From a virus (taxonomy: Duplodnaviria; Caudoviricetes), in the IMG/VR virus record IMGVR_UViG_3300025723_000083, positions 1 to 39,613 of that record: 39,613 bases of DNA. One strand, written 5' to 3'. The notes under the pieces were generated by a model, which was not told the DNA's origin, searched no databases, and saw nothing but the letters and a program-made list of their open reading frames with translations. The translations under genes were made by a program, and so were the position numbers. Below, in pieces: positions 1 to 9,999 of the stretch (its first letter is position 1; each line of letters starts with the position of its first letter).

Positions 1-129
1 CGTCTTGCTTCAATTATTGGAACTACAGACGCTCAAATTGCGACTTCGTTGCAAAACATCGCCAACCATGTGAAAGCCGTAGTGAAGGCTACTCCAGCAC
101 CTGCGGCTACTCCAGCACCTGCGGCATAG
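1..129 (+). CDS. 3' end of a truncated hypothetical protein (Ala/Pro-rich C-terminus)
   Basis: Frame 1 is open from the window edge to TAG at 127-129 (…KATPAPAATPAPAA*), 4 nt before the next ATG. Confidence 0.6.
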   Translation, partial: RLASIIGTTDAQIATSLQNIANHVKAVVKATPAPAATPAPAA

Positions 130-133
130 TTCA

Positions 134-358
134 ATGAACACTTCGCATCACGCTCCTTTTCCTCCTTTTCCATACATGGGGTTAACCGCAGCCGCAGTGT
201 CGATGGGCTCCACGACCCTTTCTTTTGTTCAACAACACCCCGCAATTCAAGACTGTGCAGTGTTTGTTGGTTTAATTGCGGGGTGTTTTTCGATTGTTGC
301 ATCGGTAGTCACGGTCATTCTCCGAGTCAAAGAACACTTTGCTTTGGAGTCTGAGTAA
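134..358 (+). CDS. small membrane protein, holin-like
   Basis: 74 aa with a hydrophobic segment (AVFVGLIAGCFSIVASVVTVIL) and a charged C-terminus; lies in the lysis cluster. Confidence 0.55.
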   Translation: MNTSHHAPFPPFPYMGLTAAAVSMGSTTLSFVQQHPAIQDCAVFVGLIAGCFSIVASVVTVILRVKEHFALESE

Positions 359-360
359 TT

Positions 361-1470
361 GTGATTGATGCCGTGATTACGGACGAACAATTAAGCCCTC
401 TCGTCTATGATCTCATCTGGACTCACCGACCCAAGAAAACTGATCTTTGGTTGAAAAGGGGGATTAACCGAATCCCCAGAAAGAATCTTGTAGATCATTT
501 CCGCAAAAAAGGGGAGAAGGACCCCAATTTTGAAAGGCACATTCATGCCGCATATCGAAAACATTTGTCGGCTGTCGCCGCACGGGATGCGTTTTTAAAA
601 GTGGTAAACCACAAAGAATACATTGAATCAAAAACCCAATTTCCTTTGGAGCCTGGAGAAACCAATCACATTGGTTGGGTAGTCGCTTGCTACAACGAAC
701 CTGATTACGTCTCCCAATGTTTGGAATCTATTCGTCAAAACGATTCGGGACCTATTTTACTGATCAACGACGGAGGTGATGAGACTGGTTTGCAGGAGAT
801 TGCCGATTCTGTAGGAGCCAAGTTTGTAAACGGAGAACGATTAAAGAATCTTCGGGATGGCCACAATTGGTGGAAACGATTTTTTACATTGGGGTTGGAA
901 CTTGGCACCGATTATTTGGTCAAACTCGACCCCGACTCGTATTTTTGGAGACCCCTTAGAAACTCCTTAAAAGGGCTTACTTTTTTCGGCACTACAAACG
1001 ACTTTGCCGAACGGAATCCGCACACAGTTCAAGGTGGTGCCCAAGGTTTTAGTCGAGCCTACGCCGAACGTGTTTTGGCCGAGGATATGACGGCTCGACC
1101 AAGGATCAAGGCCATTGGGCCAGACAAGATTCGTTTTACTACCGATGGGTATCTTTGCGACATGAACGAAGAGATGGGAGTCCTTGGGGAGGAATGGAAA
1201 GAGGTAAATAGCGTCTATTCGTTGCGTCAAGAATTGCCCGACAGCGAACCCGGCACCTTTGCAATCACGCACCCCCACACGCTGGGAGTTGTTGCCGTTA
1301 GCCCGCACCACTCCGCCCGTTTGGATATTTGCTATGCCTGCCCTTCGTTCAACATCGACACACGAATTTGCAAGGAGAACGGCGTTTACATCTATCCAAA
1401 AACTAAAATCCCCAACGAAACGTGCCCGCTTGGAAAGTGGGACTTACCAACAACCGATACAACCAAATGA
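361..1470 (+). CDS. GT2/GT-A-like glycosyltransferase fused to a C-terminal Cys-rich module
   Basis: VVACYNEPDYVSQCLESI, LLINDGG and DxD-type VKLDPDS motifs; C-terminal RLDICYACP…C…TCPLGKW. Confidence 0.7.
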   Translation: MIDAVITDEQLSPLVYDLIWTHRPKKTDLWLKRGINRIPRKNLVDHFRKKGEKDPNFERHIHAAYRKHLSAVAARDAFLKVVNHKEYIESKTQFPLEPGETNHIGWVVACYNEPDYVSQCLESIRQNDSGPILLINDGGDETGLQEIADSVGAKFVNGERLKNLRDGHNWWKRFFTLGLELGTDYLVKLDPDSYFWRPLRNSLKGLTFFGTTNDFAERNPHTVQGGAQGFSRAYAERVLAEDMTARPRIKAIGPDKIRFTTDGYLCDMNEEMGVLGEEWKEVNSVYSLRQELPDSEPGTFAITHPHTLGVVAVSPHHSARLDICYACPSFNIDTRICKENGVYIYPKTKIPNETCPLGKWDLPTTDTTK

Positions 1471-1637
1471 AAAAACTATTGTTGCCCTTTGTGTTCCTCT
1501 GCTCCTGTGCCCACGCCCCCGTGCATTCGGTCAACACAAAGCCCGTCATGAGTTCGCTTGATAAGATTGACGCCAATCTGTCCCAAGCAGATGCCAAATC
1601 CGTCCTGATTGAAAGTTGGATCAAGAATTCCCGTTAA
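1467..1637 (+). CDS. small lipoprotein, o-spanin-like
   Basis: MKKLLLPFVFLCSC lipobox-type signal; ATGA overlap with the upstream stop. Confidence 0.6.
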   Translation: MKKLLLPFVFLCSCAHAPVHSVNTKPVMSSLDKIDANLSQADAKSVLIESWIKNSR

Positions 1638-1644
1638 TTTTACT

Positions 1645-2118
1645 ATGAACCAATCACTTACTTTTTTTGAAAAAACCCTTCTGTGGGTTTCAGTGTTGTC
1701 AGTCGTTTTGTTTTCACTGGCAACTTGCTCCCCAGCATTTTCGGCGTCCGTCTCAAAGGCCGACCAAATAGCGACGATTGAGCACCTTCGTCGTTTAGTA
1801 AAAGATTCCGAAGCTCAAGTAGTAATCGCAAAAAATGCCACTACGGAAATTCAAATTCAAGCCGACAAGATTGCCGGGGAGCGTGATTGGTGGCAGAACG
1901 ACTCTGCTCGAAAAGAGGTTGCCATTAAACGCTATCAACACAAATTGGACGTGTTGGGATTATTATTATCCGCCGCCGCTGGAGGGTTGGCATTTTTTGT
2001 TCTAGGTATGTTCACTGGCTACATTAACCCAGTGATGGCCGCTTATTCTCTCGCTGGACGCATCGTGCTTTCCACCACAGTTTCAGTTGCGGTGTACACT
2101 TGGGTTCGTTTTTTCTAA
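1645..2118 (+). CDS. membrane-anchored coiled-coil protein, spanin-like/lysis accessory
   Basis: N-terminal TM segment, central coiled coil, two C-terminal TM segments; between the lipoprotein and holin-like genes. Confidence 0.5.
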   Translation: MNQSLTFFEKTLLWVSVLSVVLFSLATCSPAFSASVSKADQIATIEHLRRLVKDSEAQVVIAKNATTEIQIQADKIAGERDWWQNDSARKEVAIKRYQHKLDVLGLLLSAAAGGLAFFVLGMFTGYINPVMAAYSLAGRIVLSTTVSVAVYTWVRFF

Positions 2119-2558
2119 TGATGAATTCCAGAGCCAACGCCATAGAAAAAAAACTTACTCAGAAGCCTCTTGATTCCAAGAAGGCTCTCTATGCGTTGCT
2201 TGCCGGGGTATGTGTTTTAATTACGTTCGGAGCTTCGGCATTCTTAATACTCACGCACGCCGAAGTGGCCAAAGAAATAGTCGAATTAGCCAATCTGGTC
2301 GTGTTGTTTTTTGGAGCCACTGTCACTACTTTAATTACGGGACAAGCCTGTATGGATTGGAAAGCTATGTCTGCATTGCAGCACTTGAGCGAAGATCGAA
2401 CTGAAGAGACTAAGGTAGAGAGCAATCAAACTCTTCCCGAATTACAAAACCTCGACAATTCCGAAGAAGTGCAGAGGGCACCGATTCAAGAAACTCAAGT
2501 CTACGTTTCGGGACGCCGAAGCCCCAAAGATTTTTTAGACCCTAGCTTAAAACTATAA
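2118..2558 (+). CDS. two-TM membrane protein, holin-like
   Basis: DSKK followed by two hydrophobic helices and an acidic tail; directly upstream of the endolysin; TAATG coupling. Confidence 0.55.
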   Translation: MMNSRANAIEKKLTQKPLDSKKALYALLAGVCVLITFGASAFLILTHAEVAKEIVELANLVVLFFGATVTTLITGQACMDWKAMSALQHLSEDRTEETKVESNQTLPELQNLDNSEEVQRAPIQETQVYVSGRRSPKDFLDPSLKL

Positions 2559-2573
2559 CTTTTGGATTAGGCT

Positions 2574-3068
2574 ATGACCTCACGTTTCAATTCCTTCATT
2601 CCTTTTGTTCTCAAACACGAAACAGAATTTGAGAAAGGGCACTACGGAGATTGGAATTTTGTACGCACCGAACGAGACCCCAATGATCCGGGTGGGACAA
2701 CTCGATTTGGTTTGGATTTCGGAGAGCACAAAGAATCCCCCTGGAACATGACTGAAGAGCAAATTGACAAATTAAGCTACGACGATGCTGTCCACCTATA
2801 CTGGAAACATTGGTGCTATGACCGAATCGAACTCATGCCCCCCAAATACGGAGAAGTTTATTTTAACTGCGCCACCATGAGTGGGCGCGGACAGGCCAAT
2901 TTAATTCGCAAACGTCAAACTACTGCGGATGGATTTTTAAAAGACGAGTTGCACGTTTTCGATCTTATTGTCCAACACCGCCCCGCTTCTCACGAGTACC
3001 TTTCGGGGTGGAAAAACCGCATATACGATGAAGCCCAGTTTCTTGGCCTAGACATTTCTCATGCCTAG
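2574..3068 (+). CDS. endolysin, glycoside hydrolase family 108-like
   Basis: VLKHE…DPNDPGGTTRFGL, Y-W motif and C-terminal YLSGWKNRI typical of GH108/PG-binding lysins. Confidence 0.8.
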   Translation: MTSRFNSFIPFVLKHETEFEKGHYGDWNFVRTERDPNDPGGTTRFGLDFGEHKESPWNMTEEQIDKLSYDDAVHLYWKHWCYDRIELMPPKYGEVYFNCATMSGRGQANLIRKRQTTADGFLKDELHVFDLIVQHRPASHEYLSGWKNRIYDEAQFLGLDISHA

Positions 3069-3091
3069 TTTAACATACCACGCACTTACCA

Positions 3092-3286
3092 ATGTACAAC
3101 CAGAACGAAAGTTTTTATCTTTGCCGCAACTGCGATGAAGCACCCGCGCTTCACGCTGGTCTGTGTCAAGTGTGCTTGGATGAAAGGGATACTGCTGAAA
3201 GTGGAATGGTAGGAGGTGCCTACACAGAGAAATTTCACAGAAAACCCAAAAAAAAGACCAAACGCTCCACTCACGACGAGGATTAA
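3092..3286 (+). CDS. small Zn-finger protein
   Basis: CxxC…CxxC in 64 aa; fills the gap before the next ATG. Confidence 0.5.
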   Translation: MYNQNESFYLCRNCDEAPALHAGLCQVCLDERDTAESGMVGGAYTEKFHRKPKKKTKRSTHDED

Positions 3287-3287
3287 A

Positions 3288-6221
3288 ATGGCCACCAGTA
3301 AACAACCCAGACCTAGCAGACCACTGCCACCAGAGACGCCCGTAGTCAGTTACCCTACCCCGAACTTCGGGGATTTAACTGTTGTACAGGATGTGGACAC
3401 ACGTCTACCCGGATATGTTGCACAGGAGTATGGAGACCTACACCCCGATCAAGTTAATTTCCCAAACCTCAAACTTGTTTTTCAGCAGCCCCTAGACAAC
3501 GAGCAGAACTATATGTGGGTTCGCCGGGTTTACGCCGCCGACCGCATTAACGAGGATGACTATAACTACGCCCTAAAGTTTAGTTCCAGTAACCCTAGTT
3601 ATCCGATTTATATTCGCAGTTACACCATTCTTCGGTCTTCATACACCCCTTTCTCAATTGGTTCGGTAGACCCAGGCAATCCAAATGCTTTTCTGGTCGA
3701 TGAACAAGTAACCCGTTTAAAAGACGATCAAGACGACGGGCAGTTGGATTCACTTTATGTTCGAGTTGTACGCACGTATGAGACCATCCCTGGTCCGGGC
3801 TTGACTAAAGTGGCCTATGGTTCCGCTAAAATCATACCCGAAAAATTCCAAGCGGCTCAGACGGTAACTTCAACAAAGACGGTTGTTCAACCAAGCACGC
3901 TCCCCGATACGATTAACGGCACAACGATTGAAAGCGTCGTTGAACAAGTTACTTCGACTCGGGCGGAAAAGGTGACCTCAAACATCACCGATACCCCCGT
4001 TCCGCTTACTAGCACCAAAATCACTCCACAGCAACAAACTGCCACGGTTACCGAGACGCTAGTTGATACGGGAACTTCAGCGGCATCTTTGCCGACTTTA
4101 AGTGCTACGATTGTTGAAGCTAGTTCCGAGAACCTGGGTAATGGTAAGAATGTTCTTTCGGTAACTAGCGTCTCTTCGGTTTTTCCAGAAACTCTCTATT
4201 CGGCAGAACGTCCCTTGTGGGGAATGCCAATGAAGTTCAAATATGCGTTGCCCCCGACCACCACATCTTCCGTAAGTGCGGGTCAGCCCGCCCCCTCAGA
4301 CGTTTCGCTCGGTTTAGGGGATACCGAAGCATCTTCCGAACAGGTTTCTAGTTTTAAAGTTAAAAAGAAACGGGTCAACATTGCCGTTCCCTCCACGACG
4401 CCTATATCGATTAAAAGTTATAAATTGGCTCCGCAAGGTCAGCTTGCAACCATTACAGAAAGCATCCTCGGACCCGATTCTAATGGTAACCCCAACCAGA
4501 CGGTCACATCTTCGCTCCTAACGCTCGAAGCAAATGTAGACAACCTTGGAGATGGAACAACGGTCACCAATGTCACAACAGTTGCTTCTCACCCACAACT
4601 TGTTGGAAAATCAACTTATGAAGGGCAAGTAGCTACCGTTACTAAACAAGTAATCGATGCAGCTTTGTACACTGCTCCAGCACTTAGCCTAACCCAACCT
4701 GAGGTCACTATTGATGCGACCGAGATTCACAAAGCTGTTCAGACCGTCGTCACACGAGATGCTCCTCCACAACTTTCGGGTGCTGTTCTCACCAATTCCC
4801 CAGTAGGTGCAGTTTATGCAACAATAACTGATCAGACAGTAGCGGCTGGGGCTACGGGCGCGGTTGCTGGAAGCTTTACAACTTTGTCTGCGAATAGTCA
4901 GCCAGTTAGCCCGATTGCTAATAAACAAAAAGTTGTAACTTTGGCTGGGGGATCTATTGGAGGAGCCTCTCAAGGGACTTCGGGGTCGCCAGCTTACCCA
5001 ACTCTTACTTCTTACGACTATGACTCTCAGGCCAACATCGAGGTAACTACCACCCGACAAGTTGTTGCCGCAGGTACAGCGGCTCCTTCGCTAGTTCCAC
5101 CAGCGTTAATAACTGGTGCAACTGCCTCAAGCCAGTTTGGAAGTCCAGCAGTGACGATGGATGACTATAAGACTCAAAACTACCAGAGCCTTATTCTTAC
5201 CCAAAAAGACAACCCCATCGACCAGTGGAAGACCTTACGTATTACAAGCAAAATCCCTTACCTGCCTGCTACTAGGACGGAGTATAAAACAGGTAGTTTT
5301 ACCATCCCTTCGTTGCTTCGTGGGGTAAACATGAGCTTGTGGCAAATGCCTTCGGGAAGGTACGACGTGAAATGGACTCCAAACCAGCGTGCGGCAGTGG
5401 GAGTTCCCACACCCTTCCGAGTGGTTACTTCGTTTCACTACGGGTATCCAACAGATCTGGTTACAAGTTCAAACAACGCCCTTTTTCAGTTTAAACCGAG
5501 TAATTTGATTTACCGAGGGGATTCATTCACAGTCAATATACCAAATGTTATCAATGATGGCTTTATTATGGGAGCTTGCTTTGATCAGACTACTTTTACC
5601 CCCAGCACAACTGGGTATACCACTGCAATAGTGGTGGGTGGAGTAACTAGTTCGACTGACACTTTCTTTACGTTTGGATCACTGGGACTTATTGGAGACA
5701 ATGGGTCAGGCCAAGGAGACCCTGCTGGATATATCCGCTACCAGCTTGCGGCACTGAACAACGACAGCATTTTGGGGGCGGTCAATGAACAGGTCATTTT
5801 TGCACCGAGTAGCCCCTCATTGAGCCAGTATCTGTCTTACACCTCGCCTAGTTCTACCTTTGTGAATTCCACTGCTGCTATTACGGCTCACCAAAAAATT
5901 TCGAGTAAAACTTCAACTTACTACACTTGTACGATCACCATTCCTTCTACTTCTACAATTCCTGCGGGGAGTTATGTAGTGGTTACGGGAAATTCTTTGG
6001 CAAATACAACCTCCCCTGTTTTCCTTTCAAACGGATTAGCTGGATCTGGAACTTTCTCTTATACTGTTGGGCCCACTGCGACAACTTCCATTACTACTGG
6101 GCTCACAGTTACCGTCTACTCGGGAGATCCGCAATCTGCTACCAAGTTGACCAGTTACGATGTGGAGTATTGGAGAGCAGGTATCTACATCATGCGCCGC
6201 CATTATGTTACCCTCTTCTAA
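3288..6221 (+). CDS. large Thr/Ser/Val-rich virion (tail) protein
   Basis: ~977-aa ORF, beta-rich composition with internal repeats; structural-gene context; ATG 3288 follows the upstream stop by 1 nt. Confidence 0.65.
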   Translation: MATSKQPRPSRPLPPETPVVSYPTPNFGDLTVVQDVDTRLPGYVAQEYGDLHPDQVNFPNLKLVFQQPLDNEQNYMWVRRVYAADRINEDDYNYALKFSSSNPSYPIYIRSYTILRSSYTPFSIGSVDPGNPNAFLVDEQVTRLKDDQDDGQLDSLYVRVVRTYETIPGPGLTKVAYGSAKIIPEKFQAAQTVTSTKTVVQPSTLPDTINGTTIESVVEQVTSTRAEKVTSNITDTPVPLTSTKITPQQQTATVTETLVDTGTSAASLPTLSATIVEASSENLGNGKNVLSVTSVSSVFPETLYSAERPLWGMPMKFKYALPPTTTSSVSAGQPAPSDVSLGLGDTEASSEQVSSFKVKKKRVNIAVPSTTPISIKSYKLAPQGQLATITESILGPDSNGNPNQTVTSSLLTLEANVDNLGDGTTVTNVTTVASHPQLVGKSTYEGQVATVTKQVIDAALYTAPALSLTQPEVTIDATEIHKAVQTVVTRDAPPQLSGAVLTNSPVGAVYATITDQTVAAGATGAVAGSFTTLSANSQPVSPIANKQKVVTLAGGSIGGASQGTSGSPAYPTLTSYDYDSQANIEVTTTRQVVAAGTAAPSLVPPALITGATASSQFGSPAVTMDDYKTQNYQSLILTQKDNPIDQWKTLRITSKIPYLPATRTEYKTGSFTIPSLLRGVNMSLWQMPSGRYDVKWTPNQRAAVGVPTPFRVVTSFHYGYPTDLVTSSNNALFQFKPSNLIYRGDSFTVNIPNVINDGFIMGACFDQTTFTPSTTGYTTAIVVGGVTSSTDTFFTFGSLGLIGDNGSGQGDPAGYIRYQLAALNNDSILGAVNEQVIFAPSSPSLSQYLSYTSPSSTFVNSTAAITAHQKISSKTSTYYTCTITIPSTSTIPAGSYVVVTGNSLANTTSPVFLSNGLAGSGTFSYTVGPTATTSITTGLTVTVYSGDPQSATKLTSYDVEYWRAGIYIMRRHYVTLF

Positions 6222-6420
6222 TTACTCCGTTGATCCAATTGAAAATGATCCGATGCTCGATCTACCACGGATGGGGATGGTTAACGAGTTACAAGGCCAT
6301 TCTTCCTACCAATACGAAGAGGTAGAAATTCCTGCGGTATTTGCCGCTGGCTCTAACGCATTTACCGGGGACCCTGTTGTTCAAGGCTCCTCGCCAAATT
6401 CAAATCCGTTCGCCAATTAG
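6205..6420 (+). CDS. hypothetical protein (71 aa), in frame with the next ORF across a TAG
   Basis: ATG overlaps the end of the upstream gene and the ORF fills the gap. Confidence 0.45.
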   Translation: MLPSSNYSVDPIENDPMLDLPRMGMVNELQGHSSYQYEEVEIPAVFAAGSNAFTGDPVVQGSSPNSNPFAN

Positions 6421-6438
6421 CCTCACGGCCACTCAACC

Positions 6439-7509
6439 ATGGGGCCGAACGATGACTACGATTTTAGGGAAATGGCGGCGAACGGGATTACCATCCCGCA
6501 GTTTCGTATGCCCTATTCGGATTGGGGCGGAAACGGATCAGATCAATACAATTCTTTTGAACCATTTGGCGGTGCCGCTTCTGGCCTTACACTTTACCAA
6601 TCCATAACCAGTAACGCACCCTCCGCCCTAACGGATCTAAATACCTTTAACCTCAACCTCACCGCAACTTCTGGCTATCCAGTCCTTTTGTATGTGGATA
6701 CCAGCTCCACCAGTTCCGCAACACTTACTCCAATAACGGGTGGATACGAAATAGTGCCAAACGGGGTCGGAACCCTTAACCTCATGGCGTATCAGTTGGG
6801 CGATTCAAATTGGGGTTTTGCTCTTTTGCCAATTGCAATTTTGGTGACGGCAATTTCACAAAAAATTACCGCAACTCCTTCGGGCACAATATCGGCGACC
6901 GAAGGTTCATCATTCGACCTATTGTTAAGTTCCACCTCGGGGGAGACCGTGACTCTTTCAACTTATTCAGGAACGGCTACTTTGTCCGCAATTTCGGGAG
7001 GCTACTCCGTTACCCCAACCTCCACTGGTACACTGCAACTGGTTGCTTCCGTACCGGGGGATACCACCGAATACGCTTCAGACACCTTGCTAATCACTGT
7101 AGCGGTTTCTGCCTCTGGAGGAGGTAGCGGCACTGGCACTGGCGGAACTACTGGAACCGAGTTACAGACGATCACAATCGGTGCGACTGAACACACGTCG
7201 GGCGGAAATCTCTACGCTAACACTTCTGGGTGTTATGTGACTATTACCGCCACATCAAATTCTGGGCTTCCCGTAACCTTATCCAAGATTAGTGGTTCTG
7301 GTGCCACGCTATCCGGGGGCACTTTAACAGATACCACGGCCGAAACAGTTATCATTCAAGCTACGGCTCCTGGGGATAGCACATGGGCCGCAACGACTTC
7401 GGCCAACGGAACGATTGCCCACGCTTCATACACATTTAAGGCCGTACCAACGGGAGGTACTGGTACGGGTACTGGTACGGGAAATACGGGAAATGGCCAA
7501 GACCCATAA
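6439..7509 (+). CDS. Ig-like repeat virion/tail accessory protein
   Basis: Three repeats of LTATS-G-PV-L…G-ATL…T-GT-L-A…GD; Gly/Thr linkers. Confidence 0.6.
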   Translation: MGPNDDYDFREMAANGITIPQFRMPYSDWGGNGSDQYNSFEPFGGAASGLTLYQSITSNAPSALTDLNTFNLNLTATSGYPVLLYVDTSSTSSATLTPITGGYEIVPNGVGTLNLMAYQLGDSNWGFALLPIAILVTAISQKITATPSGTISATEGSSFDLLLSSTSGETVTLSTYSGTATLSAISGGYSVTPTSTGTLQLVASVPGDTTEYASDTLLITVAVSASGGGSGTGTGGTTGTELQTITIGATEHTSGGNLYANTSGCYVTITATSNSGLPVTLSKISGSGATLSGGTLTDTTAETVIIQATAPGDSTWAATTSANGTIAHASYTFKAVPTGGTGTGTGTGNTGNGQDP

Positions 7510-7538
7510 CAAAAGCCCATTATCTGGTTGATTACACC

Positions 7539-7568
7539 TTGACACTACCACCCCTTTAAGGCAACACT
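7539..7568 (+). promoter_or_regulatory. putative sigma70-like promoter for the adaptor/ejection gene block
   Basis: TTGACA at 7539-7544 in an intergenic gap; weak -10 (AACACT at 18-nt spacing); palindrome GGTTGATTACACC abuts it at 7526-7538. Confidence 0.4.
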
Positions 7569-7610
7569 TCGGCACTGCGAAGCTCAACCCAAGAACTTTT
7601 TATTTAACCA

Positions 7611-8609
7611 ATGTCCATAACTTTATCCCAAGCTCGACAGACGCTTTACAAGTACGTGTCTCCCACGCTGGACACGGCTCTTGTAACGAGCAGGATAAAC
7701 TCGGCTTTGGAAAGGATTTACAACTCTGGGAAGTGGAAAGGGTTGATGGCCACAGTATTATTTAACCTTGGGGTTGACCCCAATCAGTGGTGGACGCACG
7801 AAGATGTGTCCTACATTACCCTCCCCCGCCGTTTCCAATCGGTGCTTGGTATTCTTTTTGATTCAAGACCACGGTTGATGTACCCGAGGTGGCAAGAATA
7901 CATGGCTCAGGGTATGGGCAAGCTGACTTCAAGCTCCCCAATGCAACAAGCTGTGGACATGGGTGACGAGTACGTCACTTACAATGACCCGACCTCGGCC
8001 TATTATTTAAAGATCGTTTACTCATATTTGGATTCGGGAGCCACCATTACTTTTTCAGCTACTGATTCCAATAACTCCCCAATTTATGACCCAACTGGGA
8101 ATAGCGTCATCAGCGTAACCCTACCCACAATTGGCAGTGGAACGGGGTCTTACCAATACCCGACTCAAATCACCAAACTCGTTTCATTTCAAAAACCCAT
8201 CACGGAGGCCTATCTGAACTTGTGGGCCGTCAACCCCAGCAACTCAGCTCAATCTTGTCAGATTTCCGCCTACGAGCCGACCGAAACTACCCCTCTGTAC
8301 AAACGATACCGCACACCTGCGGCTCAGTACGTGCAACAGATTCTTGCTATGTGCAAGCGTCGTTTCGTCCCGTTCGTGGCGGGTAACGACGATAATTCGG
8401 TCATTATGCCGAGCAACGAGGGGGCACTGAAAATGGTTCTTATGGCGTTGCAGTACGAAGATAAAAACGACCTCGAACGGGCTGAAACTTATTTCCAAAA
8501 AGCCATTCAGCTTCTGAATGCTGAATTGAAAGAAGATATGGGAGATCCCGTAATCACTCTGCAAATGAACCCCAACGGAGGAGTAGGGTCTGTTCCCTGC
8601 CGATACTAA
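7611..8609 (+). CDS. putative head-tail adaptor / tail tubular protein
   Basis: N-terminal ITLSQARQ…RINSALERI helix, central beta region and C-terminal helical hairpin (ALQYED…AETYFQKAIQLL), as in adaptor proteins. Confidence 0.55.
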   Translation: MSITLSQARQTLYKYVSPTLDTALVTSRINSALERIYNSGKWKGLMATVLFNLGVDPNQWWTHEDVSYITLPRRFQSVLGILFDSRPRLMYPRWQEYMAQGMGKLTSSSPMQQAVDMGDEYVTYNDPTSAYYLKIVYSYLDSGATITFSATDSNNSPIYDPTGNSVISVTLPTIGSGTGSYQYPTQITKLVSFQKPITEAYLNLWAVNPSNSAQSCQISAYEPTETTPLYKRYRTPAAQYVQQILAMCKRRFVPFVAGNDDNSVIMPSNEGALKMVLMALQYEDKNDLERAETYFQKAIQLLNAELKEDMGDPVITLQMNPNGGVGSVPCRY

Positions 8610-8613
8610 AGTT

Positions 8614-9081
8614 ATGGATAACTACAGCGGATATACTCCTGGGATGTATTTTAACCCCCCCAACTCGCAATCGATTGATGACTCGATAGACGAATGGGTC
8701 AGGAAAATAAACTCAGGTCAAATTGCTAACCCTTGGCCGCAAGGGGCTCAAGTCGGCGGGGGATCTGGTTACGGAGGTGGAATCCACAATTACAACGCAC
8801 CTAGTCAATCGGCTGCCGATGCTAACACCAAAGCGGGGGGAACCAATTACATGGTTGCGGGTAAAGTGGTCGATCCCAAGGGACCATCGACTTGGACAAC
8901 GGATGAAAGCTATCAACCAGGAAGCGAAATAAAGCCTTTTAGACCTCTACCCATTGCCCCCGTAACTCCTACTCCTACTCCTACCACTCCTACTCCAGAG
9001 ACCACTTCTAACGATGGTACAAAAGACAATGGTGGGGCGGAAGGGAACGATGAGGAAGATGACGACGGGGGAGAAGATTAA
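8614..9081 (+). CDS. low-complexity protein, putative internal virion protein
   Basis: 155 aa, Gly/Pro/Thr-rich with an acidic tail; tightly coupled operon. Confidence 0.55.
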   Translation: MDNYSGYTPGMYFNPPNSQSIDDSIDEWVRKINSGQIANPWPQGAQVGGGSGYGGGIHNYNAPSQSAADANTKAGGTNYMVAGKVVDPKGPSTWTTDESYQPGSEIKPFRPLPIAPVTPTPTPTTPTPETTSNDGTKDNGGAEGNDEEDDDGGED

Positions 9082-9100
9082 CAATTAACCAAACACGACT

Positions 9101-9994
9101 ATGGCCGACGACGATTCAAAAAATGATGATAAGAATGACGATTCCTCAAACGGAACGGATAATTCCACTCCTTCAAATGTAGCTGAGAATTCGATCACTT
9201 CGTTTAATCCAAGCTATTCCCCCGGAGAAATTCACAAAACCGATTCTTTTGGCTCGGGATTCAATCCAACAGCGAGCGGTGCTTTCGGAACCAGTGGAGC
9301 AGTGCAGAACTTTGGGGGAGGTTTTAACCTTCCGAGTGCCCCAGCTCCCGTATCTTACTCTGCTCCAAATCTATCTTCTCCGACGCCTGCTCCATCGAAC
9401 ACGTCCAACAACTCGGTGACTCCAATGACTGGAGACATTAAACCGACTCCAGTTGCACCCGTGGACAGTTACGCACGGACAATGATGAATTCTTTTACGC
9501 CAACTGGAACAAATATCACTCCATCCGTAGCTCCGTTGAACTACCAGTACCAGTCCCCTGCTCCTGCTGTAGAGTCCAGATTCAACGAGAACCCCGGCAA
9601 GCTCATTAGTTTCCCAGCGACCCCCGTTAAGTATGCACCTTCTCCAGCAACCTCTCCGGTGATGGATACTGCTATTGGTGGAGAATATAATGCCCCTCCA
9701 AAGCCGTTAACGATGGCAGATCGAATTCCATTGGATCAAGGTGCTGTTAAGCCGACCGCAAGTAATTACACCCCTGGAGCCGTTGCCCAACAGAATCAAT
9801 CCATTGATTGGAACAAAGAGTTCCTTCGTCTGACTGGAACAAAGTTTGATCCGAAATCCCGTCAAGATCGTGAGAGCATGGCACAGCTTCAAGGAAAGGC
9901 GACTGTACCCGAATTAGTTAAGCAGGGGAACCCATCGTGGGATCGTACCGATAGCAGCGCCCAATACCGCCAAGTCCACAGGAACAACCGATAA
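9101..9994 (+). CDS. disordered Pro/Ser-rich putative internal virion protein
   Basis: 297-aa ORF; N-terminus MADDDSK is shared with the next gene. Confidence 0.6.
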   Translation: MADDDSKNDDKNDDSSNGTDNSTPSNVAENSITSFNPSYSPGEIHKTDSFGSGFNPTASGAFGTSGAVQNFGGGFNLPSAPAPVSYSAPNLSSPTPAPSNTSNNSVTPMTGDIKPTPVAPVDSYARTMMNSFTPTGTNITPSVAPLNYQYQSPAPAVESRFNENPGKLISFPATPVKYAPSPATSPVMDTAIGGEYNAPPKPLTMADRIPLDQGAVKPTASNYTPGAVAQQNQSIDWNKEFLRLTGTKFDPKSRQDRESMAQLQGKATVPELVKQGNPSWDRTDSSAQYRQVHRNNR

Positions 9995-9999
9995 ATACC

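Noticed and set aside
88-123. 18-bp tandem repeat, plus short repeats near 7456, 8965 and 34255-34320
   Set aside because: All are explained by low-complexity peptide repeats (ATPAPA, GT, PT, KKREY).
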